64,000 bases of DNA from an uncultured Alphaproteobacteria bacterium (GCA_963832605.1 CAWHUO010000019.1:38108-102107); one strand, 5' to 3'; positions 20,550 to 31,267 are shown, counted from the first letter of the stretch. The notes: generated by a model from the sequence alone, not told the origin. Translations and numbers: made by a program.

Positions 20550-21152
20550 CTAAAACGGCGTCCGGCTGCGCATGGCGGCCGCCAGCGTGCCCTCGTCGAG
20601 GTAATCGAGTTCGCCACCGACCGGCACCCCATGCGCCAGCCGGCTGACCTTGACCTTGGCGTCGTGGAGGAGGTCGGTGATGTAATGGGCGGTGCTTTGG
20701 CCGTCGACCGTGGCGTTGAGCGCAAGGATGATTTCGTTGACCGCCGGATCGTGCGCTCGCTTGATCAGCGCGTCGATTGTGAGGTCATCCGGCCCGACGC
20801 CGTCCAGCGGGGAGAGCGTGCCGCCAAGCACGTGATAGCGCGCGTTGATGGCATGCGCGCGTTCGAGTGCCCACAGGTCGGAAACATCGGCCACCACCAC
20901 GATAGCGGACGGGTCGCGCCGCGGATCGGTGCAGACCGTGCACGGATTTTGCGTGTCGATGTTGCCGCAGACCCGACACACCTCAATCTTTTCCATCGCG
21001 GTCTGCAAAGCCGCAGCCAGCGGCGCCATCACCCCCTCGCGCTTTTTGATGAGGAAGAGCGCGGCGCGCCGCGCCGAGCGCGGCCCCAGCCCCGGCAGGC
21101 GGGCGAGCAACTGGATCAGGCGTTCGATCTCAGGACCGGCGGCGACGGGCAT
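20550..21152 (-). CDS. recR: Recombination protein RecR
   Basis: 200 aa. HhH N-terminus ([11 protein letters not shown]), Cys4 zinc finger [16 protein letters not shown] and Toprim domain. Confidence 0.95.
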   Translation of the reverse strand: MPVAAGPEIERLIQLLARLPGLGPRSARRAALFLIKKREGVMAPLAAALQTAMEKIEVCRVCGNIDTQNPCTVCTDPRRDPSAIVVVADVSDLWALERAHAINARYHVLGGTLSPLDGVGPDDLTIDALIKRAHDPAVNEIILALNATVDGQSTAHYITDLLHDAKVKVSRLAHGVPVGGELDYLDEGTLAAAMRSRTPF

Positions 21153-23313
21153 CGACTAGAACAATTTCAGCCCTGGCGGCAGCGGCATGCCGCCGGTGAG
21201 CGCCTGCATACGTTCGGCCAACAGCGCTTCGAGCTTGCGGCGGGCATCGGCGTGCGCGGCGACAATGAGATCCTGAAGAATTTCCTTCTGGTCCGGCTTG
21301 AGCAGCGAGTCGTCGACGTGCGCGGCTCGCGCTTCGCCCTTGCCGGAGAGCTTGAGCATCACAAGGCCGCCGCCCGCCGCGCCTTCGACCTCGATGCGGT
21401 CGAGCTCGGCCTGCATTGCCTCCATCTTCGACTTGAGCTCGGTGGCCTGTTTCATCAGGCCCAGGAAATCGACCATGCGGGCACCTGTTGTACGAATCCT
21501 CATCGTCAGCGCGGCCGGCATCGGGCGGCACATCGAGCGGTATCTCGTCCACCGCGGCCGGCCCGCCTGCGGGGGTCCGCACATCGACGATTTCGGCGCC
21601 GGGAAAGCGCGCCAGCACCACCTGCACCAGCGGATCGCCGCGCACGCCGTCTTTCAGCTCGGCTTTGCGCGTCTGCGCCTGGGCGTAGAGGCTCGGCATT
21701 CCCGGCTCAGCGGACACGATGACCATCCAGCGCCGCCCGGTCCACTCGGCGAGCTTTTTCGAGAGTTCGCCGGTCAGCGATTTCGGCGCACTGGATTCGA
21801 GACCGATCTCGAGCCTGCCGTCCTCGAAACGCACGAGCCGCACCTCGCGCTCGAGCGCGCTCTTAAGGCCGAGGTCGCGCTTTTCAGCGGCCAGCGCTAC
21901 CAAGTCCTCGAAGCTATCCAACGCGCGCGGCGGTGCATTCACCTCTTCCTGGCGCGCGATTGTCTCGCTCGCCGGCAGGTCGGCCGGAGCGGCGGCTGCG
22001 ACCGCGGCAGCCGCGCCGCGCGTTGCACCGCGGGACATCTCGGTGCGCGGCGCTTCCGCGCGCGCCGACATTTCGGAACGCGGCGACGACGGACCGGCCG
22101 GCGCTGGCGCCGCGCCGTTGCCGCGCGCGCCCTCGCCGAGCAAGCGGATGACCTCGTCGGGCGTCGGCAGGTCGGCAGCGTAGGCGATGCGCACGAGCGC
22201 CATCTCGGCGGCGGCAAGCGGCCGCCCCGCGGCGGCGACTTCCTCGAGGCCTTTGAGCAGCATCTGCCAAGTGCGGGCCAACACTCGCATCGAGAGCTTG
22301 GCGGCAAAGTCGCGCCCGCGCGTCCGTTCAGTTTCGGTCAGCGAAACATCGTCAGCCAAGGCCGGCACGATTTTGACCCGGGTGACGAAGTGCGTGAACT
22401 CGGCCAGATCGCCGAGCACCATGGCGGGATCGGCGCCGGCATCGTACTGGTCGCGCACTTCAGCAAGCGCGCGGGCAAGGTCGGCGCGCATCAACGCTTC
22501 GAACAGATCGATGACGCGGGCGCGGTCGGCAAGGCCGAGCATCTGCCGTACATCTTCGGCGCGGACCGGTCCGGCAGCATGCGCGATGGCCTGATCGAAC
22601 AGCGACAGCGCATCGCGCACCGAGCCTTCCGCCGCGCGCGCGATCAGCGCCAAAGCCTCGGGCTCGGCGGTGATCGATTCCTTACCGGCGATGCCTTGCA
22701 GATGCGTGACCAGAAGCGCCGCGTCGACCCGGCGCAGATCGAAGCGCTGGCAGCGCGAGAGGACCGTGATCGGAACCTTGCGGATTTCCGTGGTCGCGAA
22801 CACGAATTTCGCGTGCGGCGGCGGCTCCTCCAGCGTCTTGAGCAGCGCGTTGAAGGCGGCGCCGGACAGCATATGCACTTCGTCGAGGATGTAGACCTTA
22901 TAGCGGGCCGAGACCGGAGCGTAGCGGATGGCCTCGTTGATTGCGCGGACGTCCTCGACGCTGTTGTGCGAGGCGGCATCCATCTCGATCACGTCGAGAT
23001 GCCGGCTTTCCATGATCGCCTGACAGTGCACGCCGAGCACCGGCATGTCGATCTTGGGACCGGTGAGTGATCCGTCCGGCAGCTCGTAATTGAGCGCACG
23101 GGCGAGAATGCGCGCCGTCGTGGTCTTGCCGACGCCGCGTACGCCGGTGAGGATCCAAGCCTGCGGGATGCGCCCGGTCTCGAACGCGTTCGAGATCGTG
23201 CGCACCATAGCGTCCTGGCCGATCAAATCGGCGAATGTCGACGGTCGGTATTTGCGTGCCAGCACGCGGTACGATTGGGCCGGGGTGGCAGTTTGAGTTG
23301 TCGCGTCGTTCAT
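21130..23313 (-). CDS. dnaX: DNA polymerase III subunits gamma/tau; 3' end probably artefactually extended through ybaB
   Basis: ATG at 23313 ([24 protein letters not shown]). Walker [16 protein letters not shown] and a tau C-terminal region are present. Recognisable DnaX sequence ends about 21480-21520 (..[12 protein letters not shown]..). The frame has no stop until 21130 and fully overlaps ybaB with Arg-rich nonsense. Confidence 0.85.
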   Translation of the reverse strand: MNDATTQTATPAQSYRVLARKYRPSTFADLIGQDAMVRTISNAFETGRIPQAWILTGVRGVGKTTTARILARALNYELPDGSLTGPKIDMPVLGVHCQAIMESRHLDVIEMDAASHNSVEDVRAINEAIRYAPVSARYKVYILDEVHMLSGAAFNALLKTLEEPPPHAKFVFATTEIRKVPITVLSRCQRFDLRRVDAALLVTHLQGIAGKESITAEPEALALIARAAEGSVRDALSLFDQAIAHAAGPVRAEDVRQMLGLADRARVIDLFEALMRADLARALAEVRDQYDAGADPAMVLGDLAEFTHFVTRVKIVPALADDVSLTETERTRGRDFAAKLSMRVLARTWQMLLKGLEEVAAAGRPLAAAEMALVRIAYAADLPTPDEVIRLLGEGARGNGAAPAPAGPSSPRSEMSARAEAPRTEMSRGATRGAAAAVAAAAPADLPASETIARQEEVNAPPRALDSFEDLVALAAEKRDLGLKSALEREVRLVRFEDGRLEIGLESSAPKSLTGELSKKLAEWTGRRWMVIVSAEPGMPSLYAQAQTRKAELKDGVRGDPLVQVVLARFPGAEIVDVRTPAGGPAAVDEIPLDVPPDAGRADDEDSYNRCPHGRFPGPDETGHRAQVEDGGNAGRARPHRGRRRGGRRPCDAQALRQGRSASRARRRLAAQAGPEGNSSGSHCRRARRCPPQARSAVGRTYAGAHRRHAAAARAEIVLVDARRRRS
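21156..21476 (-). CDS. ybaB: YbaB/EbfC family nucleoid-associated protein
   Basis: ATG at 21476 gives [39 protein letters not shown]... (106 aa), the classic partner between dnaX and recR. Confidence 0.9.
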   Translation of the reverse strand: MVDFLGLMKQATELKSKMEAMQAELDRIEVEGAAGGGLVMLKLSGKGEARAAHVDDSLLKPDQKEILQDLIVAAHADARRKLEALLAERMQALTGGMPLPPGLKLF

Positions 23314-23457
23314 CGCAGCCACTATAACCTGATCCTGACGTGCGAGGCCGTGAAACAGCCGAGCGCCGAAGCATGGCTGATACACCATCACCCTTCGAGG
23401 CTCGCTGCGCTCGCACCTCAGGGTGAGGTCGCAGGGCGATTTATTCGAGGCGCTCAG

Positions 23458-23566
23458 AGGGGTGGGAGGCTGACGAGCGACCCGAACCGCGCTCGTTAGG
23501 GCTGCTTCCTTCCGGACCTGACCCGGTTGGCGAGTGGCTCGTCCACCGCCAACCTCCCGGCTCCTA
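23458..23566 (-). ncRNA. ffs: Signal recognition particle RNA (small bacterial 4.5S type)
   Basis: Minus strand contains the invariant GGTCAGGTCCGGAAGGAAGCAGCC domain IV motif. It is flanked by a long closing helix (GGGAGGTTGGCGGTGGACGAGC ... GCTCGTCAGCCTCCC). It sits immediately upstream of dnaX, as in many bacteria. Ends are approximate. Confidence 0.85.
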
Positions 23567-23753
23567 TATCGGCCGGGGCAGGGGAGAAAGCAAGCCGGGC
23601 GGCGTTCCCGCTGTGCTTGCATTGAGAGCGTCGGTCGCAGCGTTCCCTTACGGTATCTTCCTTATGGATAAATCCTCAATTTCGTTACGGCATTCGCCTC
23701 GCTAGCCTTCCTCAACCTCGCCGCTGGCGAACAAGGTTACAGGGAGAATTGCA

Positions 23754-24020
23754 ATGTCGATCACGGCCGCTGCTAACATCGCAAGCAGAATGATGCAGGA
23801 GAGTGCCGATGCCGGAGAATTCCTCCAACTCGGCATGATGTACTCGACCGGCAACTCGGTGCCCGCCGACATGGTTGCCGCGCACAAATGGTTCAACATT
23901 GCGGCCATGCGCGGCAACAGCGAAGCGGCGCGGCTGCGCCGCGAGATTGCCGGCGAAATGTCGGACGCCGAAATCGCCGCTGCGCAGCGTGAGGCCCGCG
24001 TCTGGTTCACGCACCATTGA
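23754..24020 (+). CDS. Sel1-like (SLR/TPR) repeat protein
   Basis: 88 aa. LGMMYSTGNSVPADMVAAHKWFNIAAMRGNSEA is a canonical Sel1 repeat. Confidence 0.75.
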   Translation: MSITAAANIASRMMQESADAGEFLQLGMMYSTGNSVPADMVAAHKWFNIAAMRGNSEAARLRREIAGEMSDAEIAAAQREARVWFTHH

Positions 24021-24374
24021 GCCTTACCAGCAGTCAGTCTTGAGGATGCGGAACCAACGCCGCCGAACGGGGGTTTGCAGCGTTGGAGGTTCGCAAGACG
24101 TAATCAGTTTGGCCGCCTTCTGCACAAGCTTGGCGTAGGCGCTGGAGGCGCTCCGCCGTGCTAATGCCATGGACGGCGTGTTTATAATTGCGAAGACGGC
24201 CCGGTCGTGGTGGCATGGGCCAAGCAGCCGCCGGGACCGGCGGACGGATACGCAGATGGATTGTTGATTGGCAGCAGGAAGCTGGGATCGGCGCCATGGC
24301 CTGACCATGCGACGCCCGTTTGAGCCTAGCCGGGGGCTTAAAGGTTGACGCGCTGCCGCACTGGAGAGGACGCT

Positions 24375-24806
24375 ATGAAGCATTACCGGCTCTACAGCAT
24401 TTCGGCTCTCGCTTTATTGACATTTGTCGCCGCGGGCACCGCGCTCGCCGATCCGCGCGGCCTTTGGCAGGCGCAGGATGGCGCGGTCGTGCAGGTAGCC
24501 CCATGCGGCCCGGGCCTTTGCGCGACCGTGGTAAGCCCCCGGTCGGAGGTAGACCCCGATACCGGCCGGCCCTGGACCGACAAGCATAACCCCGATCCGG
24601 CGCTGCGCGGCCGGCCGTTGGTCGGCGTCGCCGTGCTTTATGGGATGATGCCGGACGGCGCCAACAGATGGTCGGGAACGCTCTACAACGTCGACAATGG
24701 CCAAACCTATCAGGGCCGTCTCGTCGAAATCGACCACAACACGGTGCGGGTTGAGGGTTGCGTCATCGGCATTTGCGGCGGCCGGAACATGCGGCGGATC
24801 CAGTAA
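24375..24806 (+). CDS. Secreted DUF2147-like protein
   Basis: ATG at 24375. Signal peptide MKHYRLYSISALALLTFVAAGTALA, then GLWQAQDG...VQVAPCGPGLC...WSGTLYNVDNGQTYQGRL..., as I recall for DUF2147. Confidence 0.7.
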   Translation: MKHYRLYSISALALLTFVAAGTALADPRGLWQAQDGAVVQVAPCGPGLCATVVSPRSEVDPDTGRPWTDKHNPDPALRGRPLVGVAVLYGMMPDGANRWSGTLYNVDNGQTYQGRLVEIDHNTVRVEGCVIGICGGRNMRRIQ

Positions 24807-25036
24807 TCTCTGTCGTTACGACCGTTCCTTGAACGTTTTTACGTGGCAGACTCGATAGTCACGGCTTCGATGAAGCGCGCTTGACCGCAACGACCCGCGC
24901 GGCTTCAATCGAGCGCAAACCAAAGAGTGACCGGGAGTGAAACGCATGAATTTCCACATGGCGATCGCGCGACAGATGGCGGCTTCTCGATCGCCGCGCC
25001 GCGAAGCCCCCGAGTAAGCCGGTCATTCTGGTCAAC

Positions 25037-25993
25037 GTGTCCAAGGAGCCCGATCCACATTCGCCGCCACGCCTCGCTTATGGCGGCAGCCAAATCGCGC
25101 GCGCGGCCGATTATCGAGGCGACGCCGCCAAGCTTGCGACGCTGGCGGAGAGCGACCACGCCCGCTTCTACGTGATCGGTGGCGAACTCGTGGTGCTCAA
25201 GCAGCGCGATGAGACATTCGATCCGATGTTTTCTGTTGCTGAGGCGCGCGCGCTCGGCTCTGCAGGCGAAACCGTGTTCCTCGGGCTGTTGGACAAGGCG
25301 CCGCGTTTCGGCGCCGGGCTCGATCCGGCTGTGGTCGAGTCCTTGCAGGCGCGCGACGATCTTAAGCTGACCGATCTGCGTACCATCGCGGTGCAAAGTG
25401 TCGTCGCGCCGGAGCACGTGCCGCCGCTGGCCGAAGCCAAGGCCGTCCTCGGCTGGCACGCCCGCCACCGCTTCTGTCCCAATTGCGGCGCGGCGTCGGT
25501 ATTCAAGCAGGGCGGCTGGCGCCGCGACTGCCCCTCCTGCGGGGCCGAGCATTTTCCGCGCACCGATCCGGTGGTCATCATGCTGCCGATCTCCGGCGAG
25601 CGCTGCGTGCTCGGTCGCTCGCCGCGCTTTCCGCAAACCATGTGGTCGTGTCTCGCCGGCTTCGCCGAACCCGGCGAGTCGATCGAGGAGGCGGTGCGGC
25701 GCGAAGTGCAGGAAGAAGTCGGAATCGCCTGCGCGCGCGTCAAATATTTCGGCTCGCAGCCTTGGCCATTTCCCTCGTCGCTGATGATCGGATGCCACAC
25801 AGTCGCGGTCACGGAAGACATCGTCGTCGATCGCCATGAGATCGAGGACGCGCGCTGGTTCGACCGCGATGAGCTCAAACTGATGCTGATGCGGAGCCAT
25901 CCGCAGGGTCTCACCACGCCGCCGCCGATCGCGATCGCGCATCACATCATCCGCGCCTTTGCCGAGCGTGGCGGCGAAGTTTTGGGAGGCTGA
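25037..25993 (+). CDS. nudC: NAD+ diphosphatase (NADH pyrophosphatase), Nudix family
   Basis: Zinc ribbon CPNCG...CPSCG, Nudix box GFAEPGESIEEAVRREVQEEVGI and downstream SQPWPFPSS, typical of NudC. Confidence 0.9.
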   Translation: MSKEPDPHSPPRLAYGGSQIARAADYRGDAAKLATLAESDHARFYVIGGELVVLKQRDETFDPMFSVAEARALGSAGETVFLGLLDKAPRFGAGLDPAVVESLQARDDLKLTDLRTIAVQSVVAPEHVPPLAEAKAVLGWHARHRFCPNCGAASVFKQGGWRRDCPSCGAEHFPRTDPVVIMLPISGERCVLGRSPRFPQTMWSCLAGFAEPGESIEEAVRREVQEEVGIACARVKYFGSQPWPFPSSLMIGCHTVAVTEDIVVDRHEIEDARWFDRDELKLMLMRSHPQGLTTPPPIAIAHHIIRAFAERGGEVLGG

Positions 25994-25996
25994 AGC

Positions 25997-26947
25997 TTGC
26001 GGGGCGCGGCGACCAATGGAGGGACTGCGCCGCGCATCCTGTGCACCGGCATCATCGTTCTAGACGAGGTGTTCCGCGTCGAGGCTTTTCCGCAGGCCGA
26101 CGGCAAGCAGGTGGCGACGGACTTTTTTGTCGTCAACGGCGGTTGCGCCGCCAACGCCGCCGTCGCCATCGCGCGGCTTGGCGGGCGCGTCGCATTGGCC
26201 GGCCCAATGGGCGGCCCGGCCGGCGAAGATGGCAACGGCGATCGCGTGTTGGCGGCGTTGGCGCGTGAGCATGTCGACACCAGCGCCTGTCAGCGCCTTC
26301 CCGGAATGGCGACGGCATTGTCGGCGATCTTCATCAATGCGCAGGGCGACCGCACCATCGTGACTTACAGCGACCGCCGGGTCGATGCGATCGTGCCGGG
26401 CGATGCGCAGGCGCTGGTCGGCGGGGTCGATCTCGTGCTCGCCGACAACAGATATCCGAATTTCGTACGGCCGATCTGCGAAGCGGCGCGTGCCCGCAAC
26501 GTGCCGGTGCTTCTCGACGGCGATAAGCCGGCGGCCGTGGACGATCCGTTGTTTCGCATCGCCTCCCACGTCATCTTTTCATCCGAGTGCCTGCGCGCGA
26601 CGACCGAGTGCAGCGATCTCGGCGAAGGATTGCTGCGCATCGCGCAGCATAGCGACGCGTTTCTTGCCGTCAGCAATGGGCCGCACGACATCACCTTCCT
26701 CGAAGGCGGCGCGTTGTGCCGCTTGCCGGTGTTCGAGATCCACGCGGTGGATACGCTCGCGGCCGGCGATGCTCTGCATGGCGGCTTCGCACTGGCGCTG
26801 GCCGAAGGGCAAACCGAGATCGAGTCTATGCGCTTTGGCGCTGCCGTCGCCGGGATCAAATGCAGCCGCCTTGGCGGCTCCGCCGGTGCACCGAAACGGG
26901 CCGAAGTCGAGGCGTTCTTGGCGGATTATAGCGGTCCCACTCCCTGA
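25997..26947 (+). CDS. PfkB-family sugar/nucleoside kinase
   Basis: 316 aa, ribokinase-like fold. Anion-hole motif DTLAAGDALHGGFA. Non-ATG start as listed in the track. Confidence 0.8.
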   Translation: MRGAATNGGTAPRILCTGIIVLDEVFRVEAFPQADGKQVATDFFVVNGGCAANAAVAIARLGGRVALAGPMGGPAGEDGNGDRVLAALAREHVDTSACQRLPGMATALSAIFINAQGDRTIVTYSDRRVDAIVPGDAQALVGGVDLVLADNRYPNFVRPICEAARARNVPVLLDGDKPAAVDDPLFRIASHVIFSSECLRATTECSDLGEGLLRIAQHSDAFLAVSNGPHDITFLEGGALCRLPVFEIHAVDTLAAGDALHGGFALALAEGQTEIESMRFGAAVAGIKCSRLGGSAGAPKRAEVEAFLADYSGPTP

Positions 26948-27071
26948 ACGGGCACGGATTTGCTAAGCGGCGCCGCTGAAAAATGGTGCTTGATTTGGAA
27001 TATTTTTCTCTGTAAGTATGCATTTCGCTTGAAATTTGGAAAAATACTACTTTCGCCGGGGTTCGTGTGCC

Positions 27072-27524
27072 ATGGACGCCATCGACCGCAAAATCTTGGC
27101 CGTGCTGCAGGAGGACGCCTCGCTCGCGGTTGCCGAGATTGGCTCTCGCGTCGGGCTGTCTTCGACGCCGTGCTGGAAGCGCATTCAGCGCCTGGAGGCC
27201 GACGGCGTCATTCAGAGACGCGTCGCGCTGGTCGATCAGGACCGTATCGGGCTTGGCGTTACCGTGTTCGTCTCGATCGAGACCGGCGACCACTCGCAGG
27301 AATGGCTCGATCGCTTCGCCAAGATTGTCGGCGCCATGCCGGAAGTGATGGAATTCTATCGCATGGCCGGCGACGTCGATTACATGCTGCGCGTGGTCGT
27401 GCCGGATATCGCCGGTTACGACGCTTTCTACAAGCGGCTGATCACGGCGGTGCCGCTAACCAACGTGACCTCGCGCTTCGCCATGGAGAAGATCAAATCG
27501 ACGACGGTGCTGCCGATTCCGTGA
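27072..27524 (+). CDS. Lrp/AsnC family transcriptional regulator
   Basis: ATG at 27072. MDAIDRKILAVLQEDASLAVAEIGSRVGLSSTPCWKRIQRLE HTH followed by a RAM domain. Confidence 0.9.
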   Translation: MDAIDRKILAVLQEDASLAVAEIGSRVGLSSTPCWKRIQRLEADGVIQRRVALVDQDRIGLGVTVFVSIETGDHSQEWLDRFAKIVGAMPEVMEFYRMAGDVDYMLRVVVPDIAGYDAFYKRLITAVPLTNVTSRFAMEKIKSTTVLPIP

Positions 27525-27554
27525 GTTCCGCGACCTTAGCCCCGAGTGCGAGCC

Positions 27555-28052
27555 TCAATGTCCCGACGCTGCGGCGCCGGCGCCGGCTGCTTGTGCGTTG
27601 CGAGTGGTAATCTCGGCCAGGGTCTTGTCGAAGTATTCATTTGCATCACCGAGCGTGAGCCGGCGCGAACACTCGGGCGTACAGCTATAGGTTTCGCGTT
27701 CGGCGCCGCGATAGACCACGACGGTCCTGTCGCGTGCTTCGGTCACCTCGACGGTATGCTCCGTCAGCACGATGCCGCTGTGGTCGAGGACGATGAAGTT
27801 GGTGGCGCCGTAGCCCTTGGCGGTGATGACGGCGAGGCCGCCAGGCTGAATCGAGAGATCGGCAATCAGCGGATTGCCGACCACCACCGTTGCGGCCCGC
27901 TCAGGCAATTGCAGGAGCCTGGCTTGGTCGAGCGGGACGACGATCGGCTCGACGGCGGCTGCCGGCGAGACCATAGCGATGAACAACAGGGCAGCTGATA
28001 GCCAATGCAGCGGACTTGAGCCCGCCGCGCCTCGCGCGCACGACGCCGTCAT
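27555..28052 (-). CDS. Secreted protein with pilus-formation (secretin N-terminal-like) domain
   Basis: 165 aa. Signal peptide, then VVPLDQARLLQLPERAATVVVGNPLIADLSIQPGGLAVITAKGYGATNFIVLD, resembling the N-terminal domain of CpaC/RcpC-type proteins. Confidence 0.65.
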   Translation of the reverse strand: MTASCARGAAGSSPLHWLSAALLFIAMVSPAAAVEPIVVPLDQARLLQLPERAATVVVGNPLIADLSIQPGGLAVITAKGYGATNFIVLDHSGIVLTEHTVEVTEARDRTVVVYRGAERETYSCTPECSRRLTLGDANEYFDKTLAEITTRNAQAAGAGAAASGH

Positions 28053-28186
28053 CGCTACTCTCCGAAACGCTACGCGGACTAAAACACCGAAGAAGGCGCT
28101 ACTTCGCTAAGCTCAACTTGACGCAAATTGGTGAAGGAAATGCAAACCGTCCGCTGCGGCGGCGCGAGGCGATTTGCGCGCGGTTT

Positions 28187-29014
28187 TCAGCGCGTGAATG
28201 GATGCATCAGCTGGGCGCCGAAGCTCGTGGGGAATTCGCGATCGGCGATCCCGTACTGGTCGGGCAGTTCGCCGGCCGGCATGTAGAAGGTGCCGAAAAT
28301 TAGGTCGATGACCGGGAAGGTCGCGGCGAAGTTCTTCTCGCCGCCGCGGTCCGCGGCGGTGTGGTGCCAGCGATGGAAGACCGGCGTGGCGATCACGTAT
28401 TTGAACGGGCCGAGCGACCAGTCAAGATTGGCGTGCACGAACGCCGAATGCGCGATGGTAATGGGCCCGAGCACAACGAACACATTGGGCGAAACGCCGG
28501 CAAGCAAAAGAACGACGTCGGCGATCACCGAACCAAAAAACAGATTGACCGGATGGAAGCGCGCAGCCGAGATCCATTCCAGTTCTTCCGAGGAATGATG
28601 CACGGCGTGGTATTTCCATAAGTGTGCGCCGTGGAACAAGCGATGCGACCAGTAAGTGATAAGGTCTTCGCCGACGAGAAAAATGACCATCTGCACCACG
28701 AGGGGAAGCGCCGCCAACGGCCCATGGCCATTCTCGTAGAAGGCAATCAAACCATCCGCGGTGGTGATGCCGAACAGTACCGCGGCGCCGGCCACGAGCA
28801 TGCCGATGCGAAGATAGCGGGTCAGCAACGGAATGAAGAACCAATAGCAGAGGTCGGTGATGAGATCCTTCTTGCGCCACCACGGACGCCCGGGATTGCA
28901 GGCCCAGAAGTAGGTCAGCACGGTAAAGACGGCCGCCAGCGCCAGCGAGATCGGAACGCCTTTCATCAGCGTCTCGCCGACATTGGTAACGAAACCAAGC
29001 AATTCTTGATTCAT
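28187..29014 (-). CDS. Fatty acid hydroxylase / sterol desaturase family membrane protein
   Basis: Histidine boxes HRLFH, HAVHH and FHRWHH. Multiple TM helices. Confidence 0.8.
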   Translation of the reverse strand: MNQELLGFVTNVGETLMKGVPISLALAAVFTVLTYFWACNPGRPWWRKKDLITDLCYWFFIPLLTRYLRIGMLVAGAAVLFGITTADGLIAFYENGHGPLAALPLVVQMVIFLVGEDLITYWSHRLFHGAHLWKYHAVHHSSEELEWISAARFHPVNLFFGSVIADVVLLLAGVSPNVFVVLGPITIAHSAFVHANLDWSLGPFKYVIATPVFHRWHHTAADRGGEKNFAATFPVIDLIFGTFYMPAGELPDQYGIADREFPTSFGAQLMHPFTR

Positions 29015-29450
29015 GTCACGAGCCGAATTTCACAAGCCGCATTTTTTCGTCGGCCCGTTTTTTGATTGCGCGCCGCGCGCGGGACACCGCAGCAGGTATC
29101 AGGCAAGCCGATTAATAGCCGATGAATGGTGGAGTTCACGAACCGCGCAACGTAAGCTTTGCTGAGTTGCAACAATTGCACGTTGCGGCCTTACTTAAGC
29201 GAAACATTTGTCCGCTATGGGTTGATTGGAAAGCAAGACTGAAGCCTGCAGTAAAGACCACTGATATTTTGGCGTTGATGAAACACGTCGTTAACTACAT
29301 TGCAGATCACCCTGCCAACCCGGTGTTTCATCGGTTGATTTAACCGCATCGCAATTTCTGGCCGATAGCTTCACGCGTGATCCAAATCGTCCGGAAAACG
29401 GGCATTGGGTCGAGCTCAGACAGCCACGTGTGGATCTAAGGAGCCAACGA

Positions 29451-29615
29451 ATGAAGACCCTGCTCTCTCGTTTTGTGAAGGACGAGTCCGGCGCAACCGC
29501 CATCGAATACGGCCTCATCGCTGCCGGCATCTCCGTTGCGATCATTGCCGTCGTCAACGGCCTCGGCACCAAGCTGAATACGACGTTCAGCAGCATTTCG
29601 ACGCAGCTTAAGTAA
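29451..29615 (+). CDS. flp: Flp family type IVb pilin
   Basis: ATG at 29451, preceded by AAGGAG. MKTLLSRFVKDESGATAIEYGLIAAGISVAIIAVV carries the Flp motif G/ATAIEYGLI. Confidence 0.9.
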   Translation: MKTLLSRFVKDESGATAIEYGLIAAGISVAIIAVVNGLGTKLNTTFSSISTQLK

Positions 29616-29641
29616 GCGTCCTCTTGTGCTTGGCTATGAGA

Positions 29642-29670
29642 GGGCTCCGGTCGATCACCGGAGCCCTTTC
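29642..29670 (+). terminator. Hairpin after flp (terminator/attenuator-like)
   Basis: GGGCTCCGG-TCGATCA-CCGGAGCCC followed by TTTC, 27 nt after the flp stop. Confidence 0.5.
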
Positions 29671-29762
29671 GCGTTGTACGCCTGGCGGACGCGGCGGGCG
29701 CTAAGGAGCTTTCAACCTGCTCCGGATTATGGTGGGAAAGATATCGACGGTACCGGTTTGCC

Positions 29763-30275
29763 ATGGTCATGCTGACAGAAGCGATCAAGTTGACGCTGTT
29801 TCCGGCAATGATGGCGTTTGCCGCGTCGAGCGATTTGTTCACTATGACGATCGCCAATCGCGTCTCGCTGATCCTCGTCGGCGGCTTCGGCTTGCTCGCG
29901 GTCATGACCGGCATGACCGCCGCCGACATGCTGTCGCATGCCGGCGCCGCCGCCGCTGTGCTTGCGGTCGTTTTCGTCTTTTTCACGTGCGGCTGGATCG
30001 GCGGCGGCGACGCCAAGCTTGCAGCAGCGACGGTATTGTGGCTCGGCTTTGCCAACCTCGCCGATTATCTGCTGTTCGCTTCGTTGTTCGGCGGCGCACT
30101 CACCCTACTGATCATACAGTTTCGCGCCATGCCCTTGCCGCAGCTGTTCATCGGCCGCGAATGGGCCGAACGGCTCCACCGCCGCGACGGCGGCGTTCCC
30201 TACGGTATTGCCCTGGCGGCGGCGGCTCTGCTCGTTTATCCGCAAACCGAATGGATGGCGGCCCACGGCTTTTAG
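29763..30275 (+). CDS. cpaA: Prepilin peptidase (A24 family) CpaA/TadV
   Basis: 170 aa polytopic protein with the two catalytic Asp contexts SSDLFT and GGGDAKL. Confidence 0.85.
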   Translation: MVMLTEAIKLTLFPAMMAFAASSDLFTMTIANRVSLILVGGFGLLAVMTGMTAADMLSHAGAAAAVLAVVFVFFTCGWIGGGDAKLAAATVLWLGFANLADYLLFASLFGGALTLLIIQFRAMPLPQLFIGREWAERLHRRDGGVPYGIALAAAALLVYPQTEWMAAHGF

Positions 30276-30535
30276 CGCTTGCCTTTTTAGATTTAGCGCG
30301 TGTCTTTAGAAAACAGTAACCAATATTCGACGGGGATCGTTCTCCGAGCAAATTAGCCCCTAAGTCTATTCAATGCGTCAACTCGTGGCGCCCTGGGGCG
30401 CCGCCCGAACCTCGGCGTAACGCGTAATTAACGCGGTTTGGATACGGCTCATTAACCATGCCTTGACGTTTCGCTGGTGAAATCCGGCAACCCACGGCCC
30501 GTCCGCTGTTTGCGTCGTTTTGGAAGTGAAAAGTA

Positions 30536-31267
30536 ATGAAGCCCGCGCGCCTTATCGTACTTGGGATCGCTCTCGCCGCCGGCGGCGTCGCCGCCTTTCT
30601 CGCGAGCGGCAATCGGCAGCCCGAGGCGCCCAAAGCGCCGCCGCCGCCGCCGCTCGCCACTGTCGATGTATTGATCGCCAAGTACGATCTTGGTGTCGGT
30701 CAGGTTGTCGGCGACAAGGACGTCGGCTGGCAGACTTGGCCTGCCGCCTCGGCCGGAAACTTCATCAAGAAGACCGACCGGCCGGACGCGATCAAGGACT
30801 TCGTCGGCGCCGTCGTGCGCGCGCCAGTCGCCGCGGGCGAGCCGATACGCGACAACAAGGTCGTTGCCGCCAAGGGCGGTGGCTTCATGGCCGCCATCCT
30901 GCCGCACGGCATGCGCGCGGTCTCGCTGGACATAGCGCCCGATACCGGCGCCGGCGGCTTCATCCTGCCCAACGATCACGTCGACGTCATGCTGACACGC
31001 CGCGACAAGGCGGCGGAAAAAGCCAGCGGGGTCGAAAAATACCTCACCGAAACAATTCTGCGAAACGTGCGGGTGCTCGCCGTTGATCAATCGGTCGAGG
31101 AAAAGGATGGCCAGAAAGTCGTGATCGGGAAGACTGCGACGATCGAGCTCGATCCGCACCAAGCCGAGACGCTCGCGCTCTCGCACCAGCTCGGTTCGAT
31201 TTCGCTGGCATTGCGCAGCCTGCTCGATTTCGCAATCGCCGACTCCCGAAAGTGCGGAAGCGAATGA
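30536..31267 (+). CDS. cpaB: Flp pilus assembly protein CpaB/RcpC
   Basis: 243 aa. N-terminal TM anchor, SAF-like domain, and its position between cpaA and the secretin. Confidence 0.85.
   Translation: MKPARLIVLGIALAAGGVAAFLASGNRQPEAPKAPPPPPLATVDVLIAKYDLGVGQVVGDKDVGWQTWPAASAGNFIKKTDRPDAIKDFVGAVVRAPVAAGEPIRDNKVVAAKGGGFMAAILPHGMRAVSLDIAPDTGAGGFILPNDHVDVMLTRRDKAAEKASGVEKYLTETILRNVRVLAVDQSVEEKDGQKVVIGKTATIELDPHQAETLALSHQLGSISLALRSLLDFAIADSRKCGSE

Noticed and set aside
21480-23313. Programmed -1 ribosomal frameshift site for the gamma subunit in dnaX
   Set aside because: I found no A-AAA-AAG-type slippery heptamer or downstream hairpin on the coding strand.
23400-23440. Hairpin CACCTCAGGGTGAGG between ffs and dnaX, as a possible ffs terminator
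   Set aside because: No T-run follows it, and the stem is short. The evidence is insufficient.
29122-29343. 73-aa ORF in the flp upstream region
   Set aside because: It lies in the AT-richer divergent promoter region and has no RBS or recognisable motif. It is probably non-coding.
29100-29450. CtrA-type TTAA-N7-TTAA boxes upstream of flp, as in Caulobacter pilA
   Set aside because: Only half-sites with degenerate second halves are present (TTAA-TAGCCGA-TGAA, TTAA-CCGCATC-GCAA). No full match exists.
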